A stretch of DNA of 64,000 nucleotides from Trichoplax adhaerens (GCF_000150275.1 NW_002060953.1:2035429-2099428); one strand, 5' to 3'; numbered from the stretch's first letter, positions 38,401 to 52,919 are shown. The notes: generated by a model not told the origin, from the sequence alone. A program made the numbers and translations.

Positions 38401-40990
38401 ATAAGATTATCACAAATTTCGGAATTTTGCCGTAGCAATGCTCCCATTAAGTCTAGTATGAAAGGATTTTTTTCACTTTTGTCTACTACTGCAAATAGCA
38501 AATTTTCCAGTTTTATTTCTAAATCTTGAAAGCTACCATGCTTAGATAGTAAATCTATTGCTTCATGATCAGTCAATATTGCCTTTCATAATAAAATTAG
38601 GTTGTAGAAAACCAGAAAATTAATAAGAATTCACGTTTTTAAATAGTAAAACATTGATGACAATCTAGCAGTTGTAATAATCCAGTCTTTGAAGAAGGAG
38701 CTACAGTAAATATCCTTTTTAATAGCTACAAACATATTTGTTACTTAATTACTCAATATTATCCGCTTTTGAGTTTTAATAAACAACATTTGTCAAGCAA
38801 GCTTAAAAAAGATACTAGTAGCTGATTATATTTATGTTCTACAAATGACTATTAATCGTTGATTAATTGTACAGGTTTAGATTTTTACCAACCGGCGCTT
38901 CTATTCTTATAACGGTCAGATTATTTTCGGAAATGTTAAATCTGGAAGTTGTGACTGATTGATTAGCAAATGTCAGATATTGATAATAAGATTCATCCCA
39001 GAGATCGTCAAAGACGAACAAGGCATTAGACCTTTCCATTTCATCTAATCATACATATTCAATTATTAGGAAGAAAGTGCTTTATTAGCTATTAATATCC
39101 ACTATATCTAATTAATAGAAGATAAAATTTCTAAAGTAAAATTATTGCTACCTTTAAAATAGTTTTCCATGAAAGTATTTAGGTGATATAAAGTATTTGG
39201 TAATTGATCACTAGCTATGCCAAGGTCTAGACATAGGCTTTTCAACTTAACAAGCAGCTCATTTTCATTGATATTTCCTGTTGAGCATGTGGAATCATTC
39301 AAGGTATCAGGTAATAATTGTAAAAATTCGTCTTAGCCGAGGAAAAAATTAATTGCAAACAAATGTATGAAATTATAACAGGCTTCATCTGAATGTGATT
39401 AAAGAAGCTTTTAGATAGATGAAAATTACGTATAGAATTTCTGGACTTATAGAACCCAAAGTTACACCAATTAAAAAATAATTATGATTTTACGAATCCA
39501 TTTGCACCTTCTATCTTATCAGGATTCGATTACATAGTGTCAGAATAATCCAAAGAAATCGCAGTATTGTAAATTTTACGGTATAAATCATAATTTGATA
39601 AAAGATGTAAAATATGACATCATAATCGATAGTCCNNNNNNNNNNNNNNNNNNNNNNNNNNNNNNNNNNNNNNNNNNNNNNNNNNACAGCTTGTCGAATT
39701 GCTTGATTTACTAAGGTACTCTTACCGCTGCCAGATCTACCATGGACTATTAAATGACCGCCCTGCTGATGGATTTTCTGCAGTATGTTGCAAATATCGC
39801 AAGTAGTATCCACACGCAGGATGTATTGATCATTGGATATTGGTGGAAGGCTCCGTAAGATATAACCTGTTAACAGTCAATAGAGAATCTTAATTTAAAG
39901 GTTATGTGAGTAATTTTTTGTAAAAGCTGTTTGAATGGGTGATATAAAGTTGTAGTTTTCAACGGATCAAGACGCTCATAAAATTTGAAGTAATTGATGA
40001 ATAAATAAAACAAAAATAAAATTTTGTATCTATTTTCATATCGGCTAATAGTATTGTATTATAGATTTACTAACCCAAAAAACTGGAATGATTTCTCCTC
40101 CTATAGCCTAAAAGAAAATATAGATAAAGATAAGTATGAGCAAGTTAATAATTAAATTTACTTAGTTTTATTTCCTTTAAAACTAAGTAAACTAGGAAAA
40201 CTGGATCGATATTAATCAATATTTTCTACATTATGCGTAGTTGAAGAATATTTAGGGGATGGATTAATAAATTGAGAACTAATAGCAGTTTGTTGATTGC
40301 CGTAATAGCAGTCAAAATTTGTATGCGGTGTTATTTTGATTCTTGGCGAATGATTTAGTCCATTTATAAGGAATCTTCAGTTTTGTATTGTCTAGCATAA
40401 GGTGTTAAAATAACAGCTAACTATTTTTCTCAATTCTATGAATGGTTGCAAATGCAAGACAGAAAATTTTTCACATAGATAGTTAAGCGCTTACGCTCAA
40501 TACTTTAGAGTATTAAATTAATAGACTAAGAGGTAGCTGTACTTAAAATCATTACGATAAACAATATTAAGAAAGTGTCTTTTAATGACAGACGAACTTA
40601 TCCGAACTTATCCGAACTTTGGAAGTTCTTCAGTAAATGGTTTTATGATAAACTGATCGAACTTGTGGGAAACGATATGTAGTCATTTTCTTTATCACAA
40701 TATAAATATACTTAAATTTTCATGTTTAATACAATTTACCCTTTTTACTTATTGCTAACCAATTAAATGGACAATGTCATATCTGTCAATTGCAAGAAGC
40801 TTTTCAATAATCATATCGATTGCAATTTCACCACCATTTTTATTATACCAAGCAATAAGACAGGATATCACTTGATCATTGCTGAAACCTTGATCTGATA
40901 TTTTAATTTCGCTTAGTTGACTTAGTTCTGAAAGCAATCTTGACCAATCTGAACCTATCTTATTAGCTATAATATGGAATGTACTTCGAT
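32438..40990 (-). CDS. Apaf-1-like STAND protein: Death domain + NB-ARC + WD40-like repeats (start codon not located)
   Basis: DD exon 40990-40760; Walker A HGRSGSGKST (~39745-39716); Walker B LFVFDDLW and sensor-1 VTTSR (exon ~39044-38893); winged helix FRCLGVF...AAIW; YLHDLV motif (~37930); WD40-like exons (ISPDGQLVAYG, IAISDDHERIAIG); stop 32438. An assembly gap lies inside the NB-ARC region. Confidence 0.9.
39636..39685. other. Assembly gap (50 N)
   Basis: Run of n. Confidence 1.
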
Positions 40991-43900
40991 CTAAAAATGT
41001 GAAATATTATAGGACGGTAAATATTCGAAAGATTATATCACTGATTATTAGCCATACGATTATTTTAGCTCCCTAGCTGCATCATATAATAAATAATTAT
41101 CAAAGAATAACTTATAAATTCTAACTAATTTAGTAAATAAGTATAGAATAAATTATAGCTTCTCCATCTATTAAATCCTAGCTTTTTCTTTTACGTATGC
41201 CAGCAATAAGACTGGTACAGCACTCAATGTCTAAAATTTAGTATTTAGGGTGCTTGATTAGCAATATTCATAATAATGTGATTTCGTTGAAACTGATCAC
41301 AGTGAGCAAAAGCAAAATGGATTAGCATTATATAATTACCTTTTCATTACTAGTTCGCCATATATAAATACACTAATATTCATATTCTAGAGCATAAAAG
41401 TAATGCTCATTTTCATTAAATGTTTCGTAAGTCCAAACTCTAAAGTACTTTTACAATCCCAATAGCTTTGTACCACTTGATAGTTTCCAATTTTAACGTT
41501 TAACAATCAGAATGTTTTTATTTACTCTTTACTTATTTTAACATATTGATTGTAATGATCTTGCTATGCAAATTTGATCAGGAAACACAGGAAAGCAAAT
41601 CCTGGCATGGCAAATAAAATTTGAAGTTTTTTTTCAATCTTTAGAGTCGAATTAGCATACTCCATAAAATCATGATAATGGTGAACTTTGTATGTGCCTA
41701 CTACGAATGTAGATATTATAAAGTGATGAAGGATAAATGACTACTAGATTTCCTTTTAACTCAAAGTATAATTTGCTCTACTAGTAAAGTTTCTAACGGT
41801 CGTGTTTAACAGCAAAATCGTATTAATTGCCACTGTTTTAGCAATCTAAGTTTCTCAACACTTTTTTTATGAATTAAAAGCAAATTACGAGTATCGAATA
41901 AGTTTTAAACTCATCTCTTATATATAATATTAAGAATGCCTTAGCAAATTTAAGTAAAGTTTCAATCAATGCGTTCTACAATCTCCAACTTTTACATTTA
42001 CCTCTATCACAATTCTGTTCGACAAGAATAGTACAAGCTTGATATTGGCCCAAATCCTATATCTATCCAAGCTATAACTGCCTTTTTGAGACTGCTCAGC
42101 CCGCATATTATACCAGTTAGATGTACAGACATTAAATAATGGAAGGCCAAATTCAAAGTCGCAACCTCATAAGTCATAAATATGTACAGAAGTTTCATGT
42201 TTGCTTTACATCAATAGCAAAAGCATGCTATTAACAATAGTTATCCGAACAATGATTGCGGTAGTAAAATTCTAATGAATTATAGTATTAGAAAGTGGTT
42301 AATGAATTCAGAAGTACATTTTAGCATACGCTTATTACATGAGATTGTATGATTTGAAATTGTATAGCATGCATCACGAACTTCCAGGTTAGCTAAGCTA
42401 ACTAAGGAATAAAGTAATGCATTAGTGTTCTATATTGGACACGATATTGCAAAAGTGACTGATTTTTTAAGATGTAATCCTTTGAACTCTGATATGGAAT
42501 ATTCTATCAAATCAAATTATTCATGCACTCCTATGGTTGGAAAATGTAGTTGGCTGATACAGCTGCGTTCCGTTTTCTAGTCATGTTTATTTATATTGGT
42601 ATAGAATCTAGACCTAAGCTCTTATACAAAATCCATTTCTAGCAGCACGAAAGCTACTACGTTGGCGATTAGAAATCCAATGCACTCAATTCATTATAGT
42701 GATGCTATAAAGCAAACTATTTAATAATTATTTACCTGAGAAATTGATCAGTTAATGTTAGGAGATTGCTGAGATGATTTGCCAGTCTCAGATATGTTAC
42801 ACTTTCATAAGTTATACCATGAACAGGATTCGACATTTAGTATTTCTTACCATTAAACCAACAAGAATTCAATTTATTTAAATAGTAAATTTATATTCTT
42901 GCTAAAGTTTGCCATTGAAGATGTTTCGCTTTGAATAACTAAAAATTTCGGGTAATTCTACAGTTTTTAAAGCTATTAATGAAATGAGATACTTTACAAT
43001 CTTGCAGGTCTCGATGCATCCTTTGCACGGTATGAGCTCGCATACAGACTACAGTGCAGTATAGACTTTGCATTAGAGCAGAGGATGGAATATCATTATC
43101 ATGCGCAGTGATGAAGTGATATATTAACAGAAATATGTCAACACTCACAAAGTCTTTGGATTGTAAACTTGCAAACGGATATTGTATACACAGATCATTG
43201 CCTTACTGGCATTGTTCTGTACCATGATTGTAAGATATTGAGAAAACATTACATCTACACCTTCAATTAGATCAAAATAAACATTTATACCCGTATGTCT
43301 ATAAATAGATACGTTGTCTAATTTTATCCTAAACGTACATTTAAGGAGTAAACAACCTTACCATATTATATGGTTTAACCAGACACTATCAATCTAATCT
43401 TAATTCCCTATGAATAGTAATATGCTATCGACAATTTTGTAGTTTTATTCTCCAGTCGCTTGCCTTTCTATAGTTAATTCTTTTAGTATTGGAATTACTA
43501 ATATACTCATAGGTTATGAATAATTCTAAGTTAATCTAAATTAAAAGACTAAATTCTAATATTACTGATGATGCTGCTTAGGTTGAGGATATAATATCCA
43601 GTAAAGTAATTTCATTTTTAATTTATGAAACCTTTGTATTGAGATATTTACAAATAGTGAAAAACGATGAAGCAAGAGTTGGTAAATTATTCAAGTCTAG
43701 GCTCGAATTTTAATTGTTAAGCTACTAACGCTGCTTCTTCCAATTTAAACTACTGCAGCACTGCCTGTTTTGCTTAGGCGAGTTCTATATGATCATTGGG
43801 AAGAGCATGGTATGAATTAGCATGGTCTAAATGTTAACATTTTATTGGCAGGATAACGTAATGCCTGATATTTAGAGCACGAAAGGCATGATAGATGATT

Positions 43901-45332
43901 CCTGAATCATTTCATGACTTTGTACTGAACCAGTGAAAGAATAGGATCATTTACAAAATATGATTAAAGCATAAAGTGAATTTCTCCATTTCAGTAGACA
44001 AGTACTACTTATTTTTTAGTTAACTCAATAAAGTGAATTGCATTTTGGAAATTCAATTAAAAGCAATATTATCATCGTTGTGTTTTATCTGTATTCTCAA
44101 GTCGGAGTAGGAATATGAATTGAATCCAATTTAAAGTTATCGCTACTAGAAATTCTAAGGTCAAAATTTATCGGATAGTTCTAGGCCCCATCTATAATCC
44201 CATATGAATCGGTGGATTATAGCCATTACGATAAGTGCTGATTTCAATAGTTTTTCAACCATCCAGAAGAATTGCGTAGTGACAGACTTGATATGTTTGC
44301 AATGGATTCTCTCTATATCAAAGTAAGAAATGATATCGACAATTTGTGTACCTAAAGTGCTGTGATTAAGATCATCCGTTCCCATAGCATTTCATTTTAT
44401 GTGATAAACAGCACACCTTTCGCTGCATCAAGAATCATTCCTGTGCGCTTAATCTTTGGTCTATAGACTATTATCCTATTCACACGCATTAACATTTTCT
44501 ATTTCGAAGGTAAAAATGCTGATATCAACTACGATATAGGGATGATCTACATGCATGTATGCTATGAATAAAACATATGAAACGAATCGAAATCAGTTGA
44601 ATCTGCCAGCTTGGCCCTATTATCCATAGATTACTGTTCGTGAATATTATAGCTATTAATCATTTATGCGCATAAATCGTATCCTCCTCATCATGCATTA
44701 ACATTGATTGTCTATGATTTAGTACGCGCCTCTATCTAAGCATAGCAAGTATATCTATACCCGTATACATATGATCAAAAGATGATGGTATTCGAACGCA
44801 TTCGTAATGATCTTCTACCCTATCAAGTGATAATTCCATCTGGCCACTATCCTTGAAGTATTCAGCATGCAACAAATTATTAACGTGCAGCGATATCAAA
44901 TTCATTCAATTTGCAAATCTAGGAGGGATTGAATGGATATGGTACTCGTCTTTCAGTGCTCTAGAGGAACAGTAAGATATCTCCATTCCCTTACGAATAG
45001 ATCAAATCATCGATATTAGTCTTAACCAACTGGATGCTAGGCATAAATAGTGCTGAAATCGATCACAAGCTGTATGCTAGGCATCTAAACTTCTGAAATC
45101 ATGGCGAGCTTTGCAAAACTTGAAGACGATTTATGGATGGGGCCAGACTAATTCAATCACCGCACTACTCACTGTTCCATACGGTAGTCCGTATGACAGC
45201 ATTTTGATAGAGTGACTATAGAACAACTGAAACAGGAGAAAAATTTCTAGTTTTACTATCACCTTGTTGGGCCCACTGAAGCACACACTGACAGTGCACT
45301 GTACTAGAAGAACAAGATTTCAAACAGTGAGA

Positions 45333-45342
45333 TGCGCATGCT
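45333..45342. promoter_or_regulatory. NRF1/Ewg-like element TGCGCATGCT just upstream of CCNC
   Basis: Partial match to TGCGCATGCGCA ending 36 bp before the ATG; the same 10-mer occurs at 25174-25183 near the LRRC63 X-box. Confidence 0.4.
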
Positions 45343-45378
45343 CGAAAATCGAAATTAGGCTTAATTGGAAAAACGATC

Positions 45379-48131
45379 ATGGCTGCCAATTTTTGGAAAT
45401 CGTCTCATTAGTAAGTCGTAGTTGCAATGATAGCTGGTAAAAATGCCAAAGAAATGTAGCTACTGCCTCGTTATTGATGAAAAGGAATTCATTAGATAAC
45501 CATTCAGGCTTACAATAATGTTGCTAGTACAGTAGTTGATTCTTTTCACTTGTAGTGGCGGAATGCTTGTCAGTTGTGATATGCCAATGGATAGTTTCAA
45601 AATAGGCAAACTTTGTAGGGATAATCTTACTATTATTGACTTGGCGCAATGATTAACGAACAACATTTTATTGTAGAGAGTATTTTGAATGGGTAGTAGT
45701 ATTCAGAGGAAGAGGATGGTGGGTTGTTGTACTGTTATATCGTGGTTATACTGACTTTTATGCTATTTCATTTTGTTAGCTCTCAATGGGTGCTTGACCG
45801 GCAGGAAATTTTAGCTGGAAGAGAAGAAGACTTATCCTATTTATCTGAAGATGAAATTTTTAAGATTCATATGTTTTTCGCTAATTGTAAGTTTATGCAG
45901 TTTGCTAAATGTGCTTTGAAGATGAATTTGATAATAGATCGTGAATACAGTGAGATAGAGAGTAATATGGAGAGGGAATAAGATAGGGTATTACAATACT
46001 GTATATCGATAACGGTAACGGCAATCTCTCAACGCGGACAAAGTATCCAAAAATTAATTCGATACAAAATAATTAGCAAAGCAGCATTTACTTTCATCAG
46101 GAATAAACCTTAAATGAATGGGTCGATGTTCTAGTACAATTCTATTCGGTTTGCATAGATTCGATTTACCGTATTATCCATTCATGGCCAATTGCTAGCA
46201 AGATCGATACGTTAACGTTGTATTCATAGTACTGTACAAATAAAGCTAACTTTAGAGACAAAATAATTAGCAAAGCAGTATTTGCTTGGATCAGGAATAA
46301 ACCTTAAATGAACGAATCGGTATTTTAGCACAATTCTATTCGTCAGCATAGATTCGATTTATCGTATGAACCATTCATGGCCAAATGTTAGCAAAATCGA
46401 TGCGTTAACGTTGCTTTCTTAGTACTGTACAAGCATAGCTAACTTTAGAGATCTAGCAGCGATGGTTACAAGCACATTTTGATTAAGATTCAATTTGATT
46501 GTACTCAATGCCATCATCGATTTAGTATAACCCATAGTAGTTACGTCTTGTTGATGCTATTCTTATGTCATACCTATCTAGAGAACTGAATTGTAGCCTC
46601 CATGTTGTATACTGCACCTAGGCATAATGAGTTGTGAATTGTACAGAAAATTTTCATGCATTAATTGTTTATTTAATTCTAAGCCAATTTTTCAATTTGT
46701 TTTCCAGTCATTCGTCATTTGGGAGATTTATTGAAATTACGGCAACAAGTTATTGCAACGGCAATTGTATACTTTAAACGATTTTATTCCAGGTAGCTTA
46801 ATATCTTTCCCGAGTCAAAAAATGGGCATACTTATAGGGATATAGATTAATGATGGAGATTTTGCATACTTAGTGGCGTAAAGTGATTATAAAAATCAGT
46901 AGGCTGGTAGTGTGCCTGTATGAGCTCTAATTTACTAAAATTTCGTGTAATAATAATATCTAAAGATAAATTTCTACGAATTTTAGGAATAGTCTAAAAT
47001 CGATCGCGCCACTACTTCTAGCTCCAACCTGTATTCTATTAGCATCCAAGGCAGAGGTTCGTTTATCTAGCCAACTTGCTACTGCCATACGTGTATCTTG
47101 TATTCATGTAATTTGCCATACTTTTCAATGATCGATAGGAATGCGGCATTATAAATACTGGACGCTTTATAAACGCTTGTACAAATGTTGGTAAGTGTCT
47201 GCTAATCTTCCCTTTGGAAATGAACGTTATTACTATTATTATTATGTTAACTGTGGTTAATATGGGAATTGTTACAGTGAAACAAAAGTATTCCAGCTAC
47301 TTTGGATCAGATTATCCATATAAGATGCCTGTGGTAAGATTTTTATTACGATTTCGGGTTACAATGATTGAAGTAATATAACATTGAGGTTTCATACTAT
47401 TATCAGTAGCTCCTTCATCTGTATTGTGTCCCTAACTTTTATACTTTATACTTCAAATAAGATATTGGAATGCGAGTTTTTCCTGTTGGAACTATTAGTA
47501 AGCTGGACATGCTTTATAATTACTATTTTAAAATTTTCTACTTCTAACGCATTTCATTCTTTCCATTTTCTTACTAGGATTGCTCTCTGATCGTTTTTCA
47601 TCCATACAGACCTCTACTTCAGTTTGTTGAAGATTTTGAAAAAAAAGACGCACTCTTGCCTTGTGCATGGTAAATGGAGTAGATGAAATAAAAATGATTT
47701 TTAAGTCGTGGCGTTTTTTGTCAACAATCTTCTTTAATGTACATTTAGGAGAGCAATCAACGATAGCTACAACACCGATATCTGTCTTATGTATCCACCG
47801 TATATTATCGCTTTGGGTATAGTTCATCGAATAAGCACGAATTAATTACTAATCGTATTCTTCTTGATATGATTGATGAATAAGCAATGGCCTTTTTTCG
47901 TCCTTTTTTGTAGCTTGCCTCCATACTGCCTGCATTATACAGAGTATCGATTGCACGCAATGGTTTGCCGAGTTATCGGTTGATTTAGATTTGTTATTTG
48001 AAGTTACACGCCAAATAGTAGCATTATATGAATTGTTAAAAACTTATGAGGAAAGTGCAGAAATGAAGTCGCTATTAGATAAAATAGCCCTACCAAAAGG
48101 AGGAAGGTATGACGGTAAATTGATGAAATAG
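45379..48131 (+). CDS. CCNC: Cyclin C
   Basis: Exons read [89 protein letters not shown]. The stop is either 48131 (read-through) or ~48269 if the donor at ~48107 is used. Confidence 0.97.
46065..46450. repeat. Two tandem 194-bp copies in CCNC intron 2
   Basis: CAAAATAATTAGCAAAGCAG at 46065 and 46259. Confidence 0.9.
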
Positions 48132-49289
48132 GGCTGTTTTTCTGTGTCTAAAGATGCTCGTAATATGCTTGTCCCCTGTAACATAGCAAGTTGCGTATTC
48201 TTCGTACTATTACAATAATTAACAAAGACTTTATCATAACTGTATATGTATACGCCTATATGCAGATGAGACCTGTATATTCTGGCAGTATTTCTGTAAA
48301 ACTATATTGTCTTCAAGACGCGGCAATCTTGTAGCCCCACTCGAACAGAAGAGAATAATGATAACCGCTGTAAGTAGTCTTAATCAAACGCTTTTGATAG
48401 AACTCAGTTTGGGTTTGGTACTGTACCGTCTTCAATCCAATATCCTCGAATGCTCGATGTATAATATTACAGGGCAAAATACATTTAATAATTTACGTAT
48501 CTGTCTTGACTGTTCTCTGTAATATCGACGTTATGTGTCTTGTAAATAATCTGATGTGACTGAAATTACTGTAAAAAAAAATGGAATTGCGTGGAATAAA
48601 ATTTCTATGACTGTCTTCAGCCGTAATGGAAATTATGCTATAGTCCTTTCAATCAACAACTCCAATTTTAAAGACTGTGACAAAAAACTTTAATAAATTG
48701 TTGCTTTTGAACAATTTGGACAATTATTGTCTCCTACTTGAAAAGCCTATCAAGGCAGTATTTCGTCACATCCATTCAAGTTGCATTATTATATTAGCAA
48801 TTAGAATCCAAATTTTATAAATGAAATGTATACAAAATTAAAGTGATTGGACTATCCGGAGTAGAGCTACCGTCATTTAGAAAAGACGGCAACCACACTT
48901 ATATGCAGAGCTCTTTAATTAGCAAAACCAACCGCAACGTTAACATTTTTTTCTATGGCCTAACAGATCTTACCATATTAAAGTTTTTACAATATTTCAC
49001 TACGGTACTTTTTAAACTATAGCCACAACAATAGGACTTATGCTGATACGTATACCAATGGAATCAAGGTGAATCTATTTCTTCACCATGATATGTAAAA
49101 ACACTGTTATAATAATGACTTACACCGATTGATAAGGCAACGAGTGCATGTTTGCATATGTATAATATTGCGACTATGTGCACATTTTATTTCCCTATAC
49201 TGTATGACTACATTCGTAGTAAAGTATGGTTTGCATCGTATAAAATATCTTGACTGTTTGCTATTTAGTAAAACCTTCAATTCATCTTC

Positions 49290-52200
49290 TCACTTGTTCA
49301 TCATTAGTTCTTTCTTTTCCTTTTCCATTTGAGCTACTAAGAGTTTCATACGTTGTAACTAGAATGGTCGAAAAAATAATAAGCCATGCCATTCAGTATT
49401 GAGTCAAAGCAAGCTGCTTTGCAACTGTGATGTCGACAAACCTCGTCTTCTTTAGCTTTAAGAAGTTCGTTGGTCTTTTCATCCATATTGTCACGTATGA
49501 GCATGGATTCTCGTTTCAGTTTACTACGCGTATTGAACATAGTACACGATTAGATTTCAATACTGTAATATTGGATATCGACAGGATTCCAATGAAGCAT
49601 AGCAAGGATATTGCAGTTCTTATTGGAAATTTCTACTTTCCATTTACCTTCTCTGATACGATAAATTGCTACTATCACCGCTACGAAGGCGGTTAGCACG
49701 GTATTGTTCATATAGAACTTCATGAGTTACTTCTTTCAAATCTTGCATGTGAGTCCTTTCAATATACGCGTATGCTTAGTTTTAAGGTTATGCAAACCGA
49801 CGAGTATTAAAGTAAAGGTGCAATTAATCTTCCCATATTACCTGATCAACATGCTTCTCAATTTGGCAAAATCGCAATGCTCCAAGTTTTCGACTGTCAA
49901 GAACCAAGCAAGTAAGTCAAGCGTAAAGCAAGAAGAAAAACGTCCATTCACGTTATCGTCAAGTATTTCAATTTCAGCAGCTGCAACAGCTGGTAAATAT
50001 CCTATTTTAGGGAAACAGTGTATTCTCTAGCATGCTTTACCTTCAACGATGCCCCACGGATATTGGCGCCCTCGCACTTTTTTACCACGGATATCGTAAA
50101 ATTTATTACTGCCAACCACAGCAAAAGGCACACTTGACTATGACGACCAGAAAATCCATATAGGATATGGTATAAGTGTATGAAAACCACGGAATAATAG
50201 TTGATCAATATCTTACCTTCAATTGATTATTTTCTCTTTTAAATTCTTCATCTTCATCACTATCTGTTTCGGGAAACGTATATACGTCGATACTATGGGT
50301 CCTGATATCGTCTAGAATCTACGATTGACAAGATGAAAAGGGATTTAAAGCAACGTGTATTCAAGTCTACGAGATGAACATCGATAGCTTTGCCGGCATT
50401 GACTAACTTTACGCTTTAGTGTTTTGATTTCATGGGCGGTTAGTGTATCCGATTTGGCAATAACTGGTACAATATTGACTCGAGTATCTAATCTCTTCAT
50501 AAATTCTATATCTAACGGTTTTAGTCTAATAAAAGGAAAAACACTTACTTGATCAGTATCAATACTGTCAAGATAACTTTTTGTCGACAAGGAAAAACTC
50601 GTCAAGTATCGCAACTTTGCACGACTTACCCATTTCCAGTTGGGGATATAAAGTATAAGCAGCAATGGACGCGTTGATCAGTAATGTTTCTACGATTCAA
50701 ACCCGATTCATCACTCAAATATTTCTCATATTGTTCATCGATAAATTTGACGATATTGTCCCAACTGTTAAAATTAGATGGGAATCCATTATGATCTTAC
50801 TGTAGATTGCATAGTAACATGTCATCGTCATGCATACGCTAAATGTCATTGATATCATTTCGAAAGCAATCGAACCATTTATCGTTATTTAAAGCATCTC
50901 CAAATCCGGGGGTATCCACCACCGACAAGCGTAATCTTACACCCTTTTCTTCAATATCTACGGTCTGTTTCCGAATTTCCACGGTTTTTTTGATGCGAGC
51001 TAAAGAAAATGTATCCGTTATACTGTATGTTAGCATTGATTAATTTTGACACAACATAATTGATCTTTATGATGCATGTTACTATCGAATAGGAATCTTG
51101 CAACACCTTTGTACTCAACTAATCATCTAATGTGGCGCTTAAAAAAATAAATGGGCGTTGAAAGGCAGACTGAAAGAGTTCCTGCCTCGCACGTCCAAGT
51201 TATGTGTCCATCTAGTAAGGCAGGCCACTGCCTACCTTAATCGATCAACTCCCTTTCTACTCTTACCTTTTGCATTAGGAATATTACGGTCTGCATACAG
51301 ATTGGTTTGAAAAAGTGAATCGATTAAAGTGGATTTACCAAGGCCTGATTCTCCAACAACAACAACTGTGAATTCAAAGCCTTTCTTGACTGCTTTCCGA
51401 TGCACTTGGTTGGGCAGATTAGCGAATCCGATATAATCCGGTACATTTTTGCCCTGAAAAAAAGAGGTTAAAGAGCGGATTGTCATCGAGCTGATAGCTA
51501 AAACTGTCATTCGTTGTCGACCATGACTACAGTCGTCTTTCAAGTCACTGGCCACTATTCTACACCGATCTATCTCATCCGTTCTATCTTCAACTACCTT
51601 CGATACCAACATCAACATACACTAAAGCGTTTAACAACAGTCATAACACACAAATTGCTCTACCACCAGTTGAAAATGCAAACACAATCCAATGGAATAA
51701 ACGTTGTTGCCATCCCAGTTTGCATTGCATTTTCTCTCGGTAGACCTACTGTGATTGACGCTGCTGTAATACAACTTTGTCAATTTCATCACACATTCAA
51801 AATCAACCTAGATTAAAGTGCTTGACAACAGTCACAACACACAAATTGCTCTACCACCAGTTGAAAATGCAAAGCAATCCAATGGAATAAACCTTGTTGG
51901 CATCCCTGTTTGCATTGCGTTTTCTCTCGGTCGATCCACTCTCAATTCGCCTACAGTCAGACAACTTTGTCCATTTCAGCACACATTCAAAATGAAACTA
52001 GACTAAAGCGCTTGACGATAGTCACAACACACAAATTGCTCTACCACCAGTTGAAAATGCAAAGCAATCCATTGGAATAACGTTGTTGCCATCCATGTTT
52101 GCCTTGCATTTTCTGTCAGTAGACCGACTCGCATTTAGCCTACGCTAGGACAACTTTGTCCATTTCAGCACACATTCAAAATGAAACTAGAATAAAGCGC

Positions 52201-52919
52201 TTGACAACAGTCACAACACACAAATTGCTCTACCACTAGTTGAAAATGCAAAGCAATCCAATGGAATAAACCTTGTTGGCATCCCTGTTTGCATTGCATT
52301 TTCTCTCGGTCGATCCACTCTCAATTCGCCTACAGTCAGAAAACTTGACAACATTTCAGCACACATTCAAAATGAAACTAGACTAAAGCGCTTGAAAACA
52401 GTCACAACACACAAATTGCTCTACCACTAGTTGAAAATGCAAAGCAATCCATTGGAATAACGTTGTTGTCATCCATGTTTGCCTTGCATTTTCTGTCAGT
52501 AGACCGACTCGCATTTAGCCTACGCTAGGACAACTTTGTCCATTTCACCACACATTCAAAATGAAACTAGACTAAAGCGCTTGACAACAGTCACAACACA
52601 CAAATTGCTCTACCACCAGTAGAAAATGCAAAGCAATCCAATGGAATAAACGTTGTTGGCATCCATGTTTGCCTTGCATTTTCTGTCAGTAGACCGACTC
52701 GCATTTAGCCTACGCTAGGACAACTTTGTCCATTTCACCACACACTCAATCGGCTGTCCAATTTACCTCTTTATCGCCTACAATTGGATTGCAATCGTTC
52801 AAAAACAACATCAACATAGTGAGTAGTAATAAAGCTATAACTCAATCAACTTATTTTAGCCTATCAACCAAGATACAAGCTATAAAATCCAATTTACCCG
52901 AGATTTTTCTTCCCTCCAT
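49290..52919 (-). CDS. SEPTIN2: Septin, SEPT2 group
   Basis: [62 protein letters not shown] and a C-terminal coiled coil; stop 49290. Proposed start ATG 52919 (exon 52919-52898) plus 11-nt exon 52777-52767. The group is clear; exact orthology is not. Confidence 0.93.
51615..52747. repeat. ~190-bp tandem array (6 copies) in a septin intron
   Basis: TAAAG(C/T)G anchors at 51623, 51814, 52004, 52193, 52384, 52573. Confidence 0.97.

Noticed and set aside
47528-47827. 99-aa minus-strand ORF (similarly 457-699, 16936-17127, 49427-50030, 50843-51043)
   Set aside because: Antisense or alternate-frame shadows of real exons
51514-52006. Plus-strand ORFs with similar peptides ([16 protein letters not shown])
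   Set aside because: Translations of the 190-bp intronic repeat, antisense to the septin
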